Source of the DNA: Felis catus
Lineage: Eukaryota
Assembly (NCBI RefSeq): GCF_018350175.1
Contig: NC_058368.1
Coordinates: 28,150,001 to 28,214,000, forward strand
DNA length: 64,000 nt
Direction of reading: 5' to 3'
In this document: piece after piece, positions 49,561-60,841 of the stretch
How the letters are laid out: every line of letters starts with the position of its first letter
Position numbering within the stretch: the stretch's first letter is position 1
Translations under genes and position numbers: made by a program
Notes under the pieces: model-generated
The model's input: the letters and a program-made list of their open reading frames with translations, nothing else
Databases searched by the model: none
Told to the model about the DNA's origin: nothing

Positions 49561-51885
49561 TTTCCTCTTCGAAGAAAAGGGTTTTGTTTGATTGTTTTAA
49601 TGAAAAGTACCAGCAAACAATTACCTTTCTTGTTGGGGGCCCCTGTGTATGAATGCAGCCCGAGATTACATTTCTTTACTCTTAATCATTATATCATCTT
49701 GAGATCTTGGTGATGCTCATCCTCCTGCTCCTGCAGGCACAATGCCTCACTGCAGATGCATTTGGTTCTTTTGTGCCCTACCTTCCTCCAGGAGCAGCGT
49801 CTCCCTATTGCCAGATGCTCTTCCATTGCCCCTTTGTGCCCGAAATATGCTTTTCCCTTTGTTCCCAGTACATCCCCCGTGCTCCCACTCCAAGCTCCGC
49901 CCCATCATGGCCCAACACAATCCCAGCTAACCTTTCTAGACTCAGCTCAGAACTTCACTCGTGGATGGAGCTTGACCTGACAGTCCCAGCAGAGTGAGTT
50001 TCTTTGGCCCCTTATTCCGAAGGCTCTGGGTTGTTATCTCCATAAGGGCGCTGTGTTCTTTGCTTTGCGATTTTTCTCTGAACAGTGGCTGTGGCCAATG
50101 GACCAAGGGCTCTGCTGGGGCAGGACTCAGTCTTCTTCCCCACCGCACCCCCAGGACCCAGGCCGGTGCCCAGCAGAGGGAAAATACGCAATGAATGTTT
50201 GCTGAAAGAATGAATGAAGTCTATTACGCAAGTGAGGAAATCAAGGCTCAGTGAGATTAACTTGGTAAAGTGGCAATACCCATTCGCTCATACGGTCTTT
50301 TCAGTTAGAGAAATACTTCAACGCAAGTTGAATCTGTTAAAATAGGAATGAGAAAGAATGAAAAATACATTGAAAGTGTGCGAAGGACGCAGTTTATAAA
50401 TGGTGACCCGGGACCTGTAGCCACACTTTCTGACTATGAGCTCAGTGCTTTACCAAAAGTGAGTGTATGTCAGCTGGGCTGACTGGCAGAGGTTTATTTC
50501 TTATTTATTGTTTAGGTGACTTCAATCTCAAGGGTTGAACCAGAATACACTGGCAAAAAATACAATATTTTGCTCCAGACCCAGCCATGAAACCTATGGC
50601 TTCTGTCCAGTGAACCCCCTCCGGTCACCACAATTGCACAACGAGGCAAATGCAACGTGTAAACAAAATGGCTTAAAACGCAGAACGTAGGGAACTGACA
50701 GTTGCATAAAGTGGTAAGATACTTCAGTGAGTGTGTCCCCTTGACAGCCTTCTGAGGAAGCAGACCAGTGCATTTATCCGGTGGCCACTGGCCCCCAGAA
50801 AGCAGCTCGCGGACACAACTTGGCAGTGCTCCCTGGGGCTGTGCTCATTTCTGGTGGCATCGGGCAGGGTGCCAGGCATCACCCTCTGTATGCGAGACAG
50901 CAGGGCAAGGTGCCCGAGGGTTAGAGACAAAAACATCTGTTGGAGTCACCGAGTTGCTGGTCGCCTGAGTTCACCCGCGGAGAACGCGGGGGGAGCCAGC
51001 TGCCAGGCCGTTTCCAGGATGTGTCTCGACCCCGTGAGGGACACTGCAAGCTCCAGAACCCAAGCTCAAAGGTCAGCCAACGTGGAAACACATGCAGAAG
51101 CCTCCCCATCAGCATCAGTGAGCAGACAGGGGTGGGGGGCAGAAACCAAGCCCCTTCTGACTCAGACTAAGATGCAGAACACCGGGTTTGATTGAGCCAA
51201 GCCAGCGACAGACAAGCAACGGGTGACAAAGGAAAGAAAAAGTCCATCGCAGTTTTTAGTTTTTAAATTTTGTCTTTTTAACAAGAAACAACTTGACGAA
51301 TTTTTTTTCACAGAAAATATGGATTCTAAGAGTGGCTATTTTGTTTAATTTTGTTGGTGTCTATGGATTTAGAACGTTTCAGGGATGCGAGAGTCCATAA
51401 AGGTCATCTCCTCTGGCCCCTGACCCACGGAGATACTTCTGCCTTTCTGCTCAGTTGGCTGCTGCCCACCCCCCGCCCATATAACAGAGCCATTGAGAGG
51501 TGCAAGAGTTGGTCACAACCTGTGCCAGCTACGGCAGATTAGCTCACTTTACTGGAAGGAGCCCACGGGTCAGAATCCCATTCCTCACCAGGGGACCACC
51601 CACAAGTCACTTTGCTCTTCAGTGCATTGTTCTGGTTTTTTTAAATCAGGATTTATTCCTAATTCATGTAACGTCCATGCCTTCGTTATGATCTGTGGAT
51701 ATAATGTGATCATTTGGAGGGTAAAAACAATATGATCAATTTCTTTCCAAAATAACCTACTTGCTAATCAGCCGATGAATAAATATGTACCGAGTTTTCC
51801 TGGGTGGCTTACTTCACGTTGGCAAATCTAAATGCATTCACTGGTTCAATCAAGATATCTCAATGCCCACTGTTCGTGGGGGTAT

Positions 51886-52267
51886 TGTGTTAGTCCATTT
51901 GGACTGCCGTAACAGAATACCATAGATCGGGTGCCTTATAAACCACAGAAATTCACTCCTCATTGTTCTGAAGGCTGGGAAGTCCAAGATCAAGGCGCCA
52001 GCAGATTCGGTCTGGTGAAGAACCCACTTCCTGGTTCATAGACCGGCCGTCTTCTGGCTGTGTCTCTTCTGGCTGTAATCCTCACATGGCAGAAAGGACA
52101 AAGGAGCTGTCTGGGGACCCTTTTATAAGGGCACTAATTCTATTCTTAAAGGTTCCACCCTCATGACCTAAGCACCTCTCAAAGTCTCCGCCTCCAGATA
52201 CCGTCACAATGGGAATTAGGTTTCAACGTGTGAGTTTTGAGAGGACACAAACTTTCAGTCCAGAGCA
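51886..52267 (-). mobile_element. MLT1A0-like MaLR solo LTR
   Basis: tgtgttagtccatttggactgccgtaacagaataccatag...gggaagtccaagatcaaggcgccagcagattcg...gacacaaactttcagtccagagca. TG...CA ends, with 5-bp flanks ggtat/ggcac. Confidence 0.9.
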
Positions 52268-53753
52268 GGCACCATGGTCGGCGTTAGGGCTATAATGCTG
52301 AATAAAAGCCTGTGCCACCTTCCAGAAAGCTTACAGGTTTGGCAGAAGATTCTTTATCCATCACGTCTAAGAGTTCCAGAGATGGAGAAGGTATAGAAAC
52401 TCTAATTTGGTGAAGTCTGGAGTGGGTAGGGCAGACCCCACGACCACACTGGCTACCAAGAAAGCCCAGCACTTGCCGTAGAGAACTCCATGAAAACACT
52501 GATCTACATAACATGTGTCTTTAGTTGTTTTTGTATTTTTAATCACTCACCTTAAGTCAGGCTATAAATTCTCGAAGATTAAAGGTGTTAGCCCTCACAA
52601 TGCAATAGCAAGGTTTTATTTACTGCGTAATTAAAACTTCTAAAGCTCCCCAGTAAAAGAGTACTATATGCAAATAGCACTCGGACCAGATGCCGAATCT
52701 GGAGCATAAGCCTGAGGCGGGCTGTATGTAAAGCTGGTTGCTGCAAATGTAACAATTGGAACCGGGTGCTGTGTAATTGTGATGGAAACCCAAAATGGGA
52801 CTTGACTTGGCTAATGTAACTTTTATTCTAATTGCTCCCCAGCTCAGTAGGATCTCTAGATCATGCCGCCCAGCAACTCTTTCTCCCCGTTCTTTCATTT
52901 GTATAATTCAGCAGCTATTTTCCTAATGGGGATTTGGCTGTATGGTTCTCAGTATAGCATAACTAGGAAGAATGATCCTGAAAAATCTACATGGAGCCTA
53001 CAGAGCCTACAGAGACATTCCACTCCGATTTACTGAGTTTCACAGGAAGCTAGCTGTTGGGTTAAGAAAACATATAGGCCAAACATCCAGTGACATCAGG
53101 CCTCCTTCCCTGACGCCAGCTGGGTGTTTGATGTGGTGACATCCTGCAGCCCTGTGATGCCAGCTTCAGCTGCATGATTCACATTGTTAACCTTTGGAAA
53201 TGCTGAACATAAGTGAATGACCCTCAATTCTACCCAGCTGTATGAGAAACACTCTTTGTAAATAGTCTCTTCCCTGTGGTAGTACTTTGACTTGAAGACA
53301 GTTACTCAGCAATTTCGGCAGCTACTTCAATGGTCCCGAAAGTCACCACGGTCACGGTGTGCAAGTGCCTCGGCTTACCTTTCTTGCTGCTGCTGAACCA
53401 TAGGCAGCATTTATCGTAAAGTATCATTATTCTCCCATTCCTACTTAAAAGAAGCGAATCAGAGGCGATAGCTTCAAGATTGGAAGGCCAACTTCCCCTC
53501 TTGCTACCTCCTCATCAACCAGATGGAAAAAATGCTTAGTTCACGTGACTGAACATTCGCATTCTAACACACTCTTCAATCATGCAGCCACAGAGAACAT
53601 TTGGAATGGCAGGCCAGCACCCTCCTGAAACCATTTGCTGTCCTTTCCAAATACACTAGGAGAAATGCTTCTCTTGTTTCAATGCAGATTCGATTTTCAG
53701 TGGCCTGTGTTCAGAAAAGTCACATGTGATAGCGTTGTTTTGAAAATCATCTT

Positions 53754-53988
53754 TTTTTTACGTTTATTTATTTACTTATTTATTTATTCATTTATTTTGA
53801 GACAGAGAGAGAAAAAGAAAGAGCATGAGCAGGGGAGGGGCAGAGAGACGGAAAAAGACAGAATCGCAAGGAGGCTCTGCAGTGTCAGCTCAGCCCAATG
53901 TGAGACTCAAACCCATGAACCGCGAGATCATGACCAGAGCCGAAATCAGGAGTTGGCCGCTTAACCGACCAAGCCACCCAGGTGCCCC
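53754..53988 (-). mobile_element. CAN-SINE
   Basis: Reverse-complement SINE, with gaaaatcat on both flanks (53742-53750 / 53989-53997). Confidence 0.93.
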
Positions 53989-54048
53989 GAAAATCATTTT
54001 CTTATATAGATTCACAAAGTGAAAATGGTTTTGATGATATCTATTTTA

Positions 54049-54144
54049 TATTTATTTTTTGAATAATCTCTTCTTCATGGGGGGTTCGAACTCATGACCC
54101 CGTGATCAAGAGTCACAACCTGCACTGAGCCAGCCAGGCACCCC
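54049..54144 (-). mobile_element. Short tRNA-derived carnivore SINE (SINEC_old-like)
   Basis: Reverse complement of ggggtgcctggctggctcagt...gactcttgatc...gagttcgaaccc, with no (CT)n. TSD gatgatatctatttta 54033-54048 / gataatatctatttta 54145-54160. Confidence 0.88.
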
Positions 54145-54993
54145 GATAATATCTATTTTAAATTTAATTTTAGTACAATAGAATAATAACTGACATGCAC
54201 CATGCAGCACCCAAGAGTGTTCAGTGAGTCATTTTAATAGAGATAATAGCAGAGGTCAAAGTGCATAACAACACTTCTGAGGACCATTTATAGTCTAATT
54301 CTTTTATTAACACTTCTAGTCATAACTTCATAAGAAGCAAGGCAGCAAGTAGTTTACCCAAATTAGTTCTTTATTGTCTTTCCCCCTCCATATCATTTAT
54401 TCTCCAAAGACCAGTCAGCTCGATACTTAATTTTTCTCATTTTGAGACGCCTCTCATACACAAGCTTCATACAAAGTATCCAATTTGAAGCCTCTAAGAG
54501 ACTTTCAGATGTGATCACAACTGCCTCTGTAAATAGCCACCTGCTAGAGCCTGCTGTCTCTGTGACAACCTTCGCATTTAGTGCTTTACAGACCAGATCT
54601 TTCAACCTCACACCAGGACCTATTATTTTGTAGAGTATTGTATTATATACTGTAGCAGGTTCTCATTCTGTTATTCTTCCTGTTCCTCAGATGATGGGAC
54701 CGAGTCACAGGGGTTTTGACAAGCTCACCACAGCCTGGCAGTAAGTATATGGCCGAGTTGGCGTTGAGACCCAGTTTTAAGTGGCCGTCAGGTGTCCAAA
54801 CATTCAACCCCTACCCCGTCTGACATCTTGGTGAAGAGTTCACTTGGTAAAGGTCCTTCCATTGCCTTACCATTTCTTCTGGGGCAAAGAATACCATGCC
54901 ACTCTGCCTAATTCGTCTCACATTGGCTGAGAGATGAGGATTTGGTAGGAAAGACAAGGGACACTTACAAATCAGGAAAGCCAAGTTGGTGCT

Positions 54994-55007
54994 GCTGCCA
55001 TGGTAAC
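54994..55007. promoter_or_regulatory. Candidate RFX X-box motif
   Basis: GCTGCCATGGTAAC is one mismatch from GTTRCCATGGYAAC, in non-repeat sequence. Motif match only. Confidence 0.3.
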
Positions 55008-55398
55008 TGACCAGGAGAATTTCCTGATAGTTGGGAAACGACTGGAGCGAGAGAAAGGTCCCTGCTGGTTAGCAGGTTTGCTTAACTCGAAGCAAGATTT
55101 TTTTAAGACACGAAGTTGGAGCTACATCCTAATCACAGAGACCATTTTCAATATGTTCAATATTCTGGTGCGTTCTGATTTTGATTAGATCACTGGTGGA
55201 GATAAGCTGTATAAGCTACATGAAAACTACATAACAAGTGTGACTAAATTTTTAACTAGTTGTTTTTATTTTTCAGATAAGAAGCAAGATATGAGTCCAA
55301 AGATAAATAACACAGAAGTTATCTCAATTGTCTACAAATCTAAAACTGTTCAAAAAAATAAAATCTGTCTAAATTTTATTTAAAAAACTGGAGCACCT

Positions 55399-55621
55399 GG
55401 GGCACCTGGGTGTCTCAGACGGTTAAGTGTCTGACTTGGGCTCAGGTCATGATCCTGCAGTTTGTGAGTTCAAGCCCCACGTTGGGCTCTGTGCTGACAG
55501 CTCAGAGGTTGGAGCCTGTTTCAGATTCTGTCTCCCTTTCTCTCTGCCCCATAACACTCATGCTCTGTCTCTTTCTGTCTCTCAGAAATAAATAAATGTT
55601 AAAAAAAAAAACCAAACAAAC
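55399..55621 (+). mobile_element. Felid CAN-SINE inserted at the head of an older SINE
   Basis: TSD aaaaaactggagcacc at 55382-55397 / 55622-55637. Confidence 0.95.
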
Positions 55622-55629
55622 AAAAAACT

Positions 55630-55810
55630 GGAGCACCCAGATGGCTCAGCAGGTTGAGCGTCTGACTTTGGCTCAGGCCATGATCTCTCGGTTTGTGAGT
55701 TCAAGCCCCACATTGGGCTCTCTACTGTCAGCACAGAGTCTGCTTCAGATCCTCTGTCCCCCTCTCTCTGCCCCTCCCTCACTTGTGCTCTCCCCAAAAT
55801 AAATATTTTT
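55630..55810 (+). mobile_element. Older CAN-SINE
   Basis: Head ggagcacccagatggctcagcaggttgagcg, followed by aaaaact (55811-55817) matching its 5' flank. Confidence 0.92.
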
Positions 55811-56663
55811 AAAAACTCAACTATAACCACACCACCCGGAGCAAAGATGTTAACGTATTAGTATCTATATTTATAAATGTTTTGTCTATGCATAAATTTC
55901 CTTTTATAAACAAAAAAGGGATCACACTCTTTTGACCTATGTTTTATTTTTTAACCACAAATTATGAATGCTGTAAGCGTCAAGAAATATTTTTTCTACA
56001 ATCACATTTTAGTGGCTATGCATGCACATGTCTGAATTTATTTAACTACTGCTTCACAGTTAGGCTTTCAGTTATTTCCCACTTTTTAATGCTAATAAGC
56101 ACCACTGTTTAAGGTTCTGTTTTGTCTTTTTGTTTGTTTTACAAACGGAATCACATCACACATGGTTGTTTTATATACTGCCATGTCACTCACAGTACAT
56201 TGTAAACATTTCTCCAACTCAATGAACATGACCTACAACATACAGAGCCAAAATCTGGGCCCTTAACAGCTGCATGCCTTAGCTAGGAATACTCAAAAGT
56301 TCTTTCAAGGTGAGACTTCACAAAAACCATAAGAGAACATAGAGTCATATCGTGAATTCAGTACAGTTAATTATCAGAGGAGCTTAAGTAGGAAATCACA
56401 CTAACAACCCACATCCAGAACATTCAGTCAATTATGATGCAACTCTCCTCTTAACTAGCAATATCTCTCTAATAAGCCACGTGGCCAAGAGCTAGTTCTC
56501 TGCTCTGGCTCTGTTTTTTTCGTTGCCCTATTTTTGGGGTCATCTGCTGATCCTTGTTGCGCTCCATCCGTACCTACAAACCACATCACACGTCATTAGA
56601 TGGTATCAGAATTTACCTAAAATTTCAGAGAATTTCTAGGCTTTCTGCAATTACTCGAAGGTT

Positions 56664-56696
<33 letters not shown>

Positions 56697-58571
56697 CACA
56701 GCATCTTCATTTCCTTGGTTCTAACCATGTCTATTTTTATCTGATGCTTCCTTGGCTCTAACCACGTCTATTTTTATTTGCTACTTTATAGATTCCAATC
56801 ATGTGATGAAATAGGCTACATAGGACACTCAGCATGGCACACAGTAATTACTCCATAAGTGTCATTGGTTATTATCATCTGTACAAATGCTGTAAACACA
56901 ACTGTCCTGTGAATCCACAGAATGACGGCTCTAAAATATCTCACTGCAGTAGGAGAAAGAGTTTTAAAGGCTCTCCTAGCTTTTGGCAGGAAAGGATCAA
57001 TTTCTGTTCCGTGTAATTCCTAAAAGACCTCCGACTTCTCCATTTTATAGATGTCAGTTACTCTTTATGTATTTTTCATATATCACAGTATCCCTTCCCA
57101 GCCACTCTAATTATGGTTAAAAAAACAACCTTTTTGCTGCCTCACCAGGTCCCTTCTGTGCAATGTTAATGGTAATGATCTGCATGTTATATTTGCACAT
57201 CTGAACAGTAAACTGGATTTCAGACCTACAGGGGTACCAAGAATGTGTACATCTATTACACAAGTCATAATCTAGCTGTGCTAGATTCATTCATTCATAG
57301 ATCATTCATCGATCATTCATTCATAGATCATTACCCTATTTGTGACCTGGGAATTATAAATCATTTGCAATATCCCTGTTTACACAACAACTTTAGAAAT
57401 ATTGAAATAACAGTAATTAAGTTCTGGTGGGTAAAAAGCCTTCAGGAAGAAGTACTCTAATACATGGACTTCACTTATTAACATTGGTCTGGTTTTGCCA
57501 CTACAGTATTTAGATAGCACCATATAAATATAAGGGTTCTATCCGCATAGTTTGCCGTTCCTCAAACCTTGTGTTTAAGTTAAAAGACAATCTATTCCTA
57601 TTTCCATTCCTTGTTTATTTGCGATCAGTCTGTCCACAGACATTCCAATTCTCCTTCCACTTATGAGTTACATTGCTTTCTTTGTTTTTCAATTCCCCCA
57701 TATGGATGCTAACCTCTGTGGGTTGTTAGTTATTTCAATCTCTGACCCTCCTTAGCTTCCCCCTTCTGTTCCTGTCATGCTCTTTATTCTTTCTGGGACC
57801 CACTTCACACGGAGCTCCACCCCAGCTTTGCACTCGTCACTTTGCTCCCGATTAGATGACACGACAGAGCCATACCACCTGCGCCCACCTGAGGCTCAGT
57901 GAGCGGTGTCCACATTGCTGGAATCCACTGCCCACAGAGTTCTCAGAGGCCCCACGGAGAGGCTGGCTGGGTCTGCTCTGGCTCTGCTCCTTCACCCAGA
58001 AGAGGTCCCTGGGAAAATGGAGAAAACAGAGTGAAAGTACATCCTGGACCCACCTGGTCACCTCCCCGCTGCGTAAGCCCATCATCGTCCTTTTGGACAG
58101 CATAAGATTTTACTGTTCTCCCTTCTTAAAATGTACTATTCCCCTATTCTAGTCCGGCAAGGTGTTTAGCTGACTGACCCATGTTCATGTGTGAATGAAA
58201 AGGGACATACTCAGTAAAGATAACTGCACCTTAACCAAAACCTCCTGGCGCTAATGTTGTAACCCAAAGGCAAGCCAGTGAGGAGATCATTTTCCATCTC
58301 TACGAAGGCTGCTGGTGGACAGGTATTTGAAGCAAATAAAGCTTCCAGCACCCCTGGAATGACAGGGTGTAAGCAGTTCTTTATTCTTCTTAAGGGTAGG
58401 GCTCCTTACAAAGCACACATGTCCTTGTAAGAAGTGTCACCAGATGCCAAGGGGGGGGGGGGGGGGGGACAGGGGAGTGTTAATCTTATGCACATTAGGC
58501 TGGAGGGGGAGATAATCATTAAGTATCCAATTTACTTTACTGCCTTTGCCTGGGAGGAAAGAAAGAGAATG

Positions 58572-59030
58572 AACATTCATTGAAACTCAACTGGGGGCGA
58601 GCCATTGTGCTAGGAACTTCACAGGTACCATTTCATTAATCCTAAGAATAGCTACCATTCATCATTAAGTGCTTGCTTTGTGCCATATCCCCGGCTAAGA
58701 GTTTCACATGTGTTACTTGCTTGAATCCTCCTAATAATCCTATAATTAATCCTATACTATCCTAAAATATTATGCCAGTATTATCGTCTCCCATTTTAGC
58801 AGCCAGGAAGTAAGTTTGGAGAAGTCCACTTGCCCAGGACCACAGAGTTAGTAAATGGCAGAGCAAGAGTCAAACTTGGATCTGACTCTAAAACCTGTGC
58901 TCTTAACACAGTCCTGTAAGGTAGCTATTATGGTTCCACCTTTCAGAGAAGGAAACGGAGACTCAGAGAGGTTAAGTGGTTTGCTCTATGTCTCAGAGCC
59001 AGTCAGTGATGGACCTTGCTTCTTCAAACC
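58572..59030 (-). mobile_element. MIR nested within a MIR
   Basis: Outer MIR 58572-58645 resumes at ~58912 (cctgtaaggtagctatt...gagactcagagaggttaagtg). A complete inner MIR lies between. Confidence 0.7.
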
Positions 59031-59889
59031 CAATTCTACCCAAATATAAAGCCCATGAGCTCCCGACTTGCTGACCCTTGGCAGTAGTTGAAGAGATACT
59101 GTTCTTCCAAAAACCTTTGTCTAGGTACATGGCAAATCCAAGATAAGTAATATGAGTGCAAATCTACAAAATATGTACAGAAAGCACTATGACCAGTCCT
59201 TAACATAAAAATTAACCTAAATATCTGGGGTCTAATCTCTGGGAATATTAATATGCCAATGTCCAAATCTCTCTCTCTCTCTCTCTCTCTGTCTCAATTT
59301 CATTATGACAACACTTCAGTGCAGGGTGAGGAAGGACTTGGCAGTTGAGGGAAGGCTCTGAATATATTTGCTGCAGGTAATTGCTTATGTTGCTTATTCT
59401 GATGAAGTCAAGGATGATAGGAGTACAGAGGACAGAAATGGGGGTAAAGCCAATGTTTGAAACGAAGGGAAAAACAGTGCGTATGGGTTTTCACACATAT
59501 TATTCTGGAGGAGGAGATTGGTAGGGGTGGGAGGGAAGTGCACAACTGAGGAAAGAACCAAACCTGAGAGGGTGTTGGAAGAGAGGAAGAAACAGATAAG
59601 AGAAACAAACTGGCTTCCAACTCTTCTGTGGTGGGGGGAAAAACACCAGCAAGGACCTCACCTCTTTCTCCAGAGCTGTTCCTGAGTGGAAGCTGGCTCA
59701 CAGCGATCCGTGGGGGCAGCTGGGTGGCCTTGGTTGCACTTCCCTGGCCTTGATTTCATGACCTCATCTCCCTGACCCCCCAAATGTAACCTAGGCTGGG
59801 GGCACAAGGACAGACCCTCCACCAATTCAATACAGACAGACATTGGTGGGAATGACTGCATGCAGAAAAGATCAGAACCCGGGGAAAGA

Positions 59890-60075
59890 GTAGCGATTCT
59901 GGGGCCAGCAGACCTGGCTCAAATCTTAGCTCTAATATTCAGAGTTTAACTTCTGTGGGCCTCACTTTCCCTGATTGTAATATGGGCATGTTATCCCAGC
60001 GTGTAAGGTCAGAGAAGTAAATGAAACAATGTACATGAAACGGTCTCACACAAAGCCCGGCACATGGAACATTTC
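59890..60075 (+). mobile_element. MIR SINE
   Basis: cagacctggctcaaatcttagctct...gcctcactttccctgattgtaatatggg...aaatgaaacaatgtacatgaaa...cccggcacat. Confidence 0.8.
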
Positions 60076-60596
60076 TGTCCTTCTCCCTTGCCTGGCACCT
60101 TTTAGTGTAAGAAGATATCAGTTCTCCCTACCTTGGCTTTAAAATATGGCTAATTGCTTAACCTCCTCCCATAGGATTTAGGTCAAAATATAGTCTTCTT
60201 CAAATTCTGTATCAAATTATTTTAAATATTTTCATGGTACCAAATCGTAACTCTTTAATCATGGCCTTGATTTGGAGATACATCCAAAAATCATTCAGCA
60301 CCAAACCTGATAGACAAACTAGATTTTTGTTCTTGTTGTTTAGTTTAAAAACACAGATGGAAGGAAGAATGGGAAGAAGGGAGGGGGTAGGGGGAAAAGG
60401 GAAGGAGGAAGAAAGACAGAAAAACACCCTGACTCAAACTGACAAAATGTTAGCCCAAAAGAGTGTTTCTAAAAATGGCTATGGTAGCAACTATGTGGAA
60501 TAAGAACCTACTTTGAAGGGGACAAGAGTGCCATATTTATTGGCTAATGAATGTCCTTTTGTACTTGAGTTAAGAAAAACAAGCAACCAAACATGC

Positions 60597-60718
60597 GGGG
60601 CATCTAGGTGGCTCAGTCAGTTGAGCATCTGACTCTAGATTTCAGCTCAGGTCATGATCCCAGTGTCATGGCATCCAGCCCCACGTGGGGCTCCGCACTG
60701 GGCATGGATCCTGCTTGA

Positions 60719-60771
<53 letters not shown>

Positions 60772-60841
60772 CTGCCTCTCTTTTCCTCTCTGTCCATCTC
60801 CCCGGCTCACACACTCTCTCTCTACAAAAAAAAAAAAAAAA
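60597..60841 (+). mobile_element. CAN-SINE with long (CT)n; A-tail abuts a G13 run
   Basis: Head ggggcatctaggtggctcagtcagttgagc, and (CT)n at ~60721-60768. Confidence 0.93.

Noticed and set aside
53379..53440. Possible 62-nt minus-strand exon (ttcttttaagtag ... AAG/gtaagc)
   Set aside because: Splice-like signals are common by chance. There are no partner exons or recognisable peptide, and RNA-seq would be needed.
54049..54144. tRNA-like sequence
   Set aside because: It has an A-rich tail and TSD and is decayed, so it is a tRNA-derived SINE rather than a tRNA gene.
60294..60302. REST/RE1 left half-site TTCAGCACC
   Set aside because: No GGACAG right half nearby.
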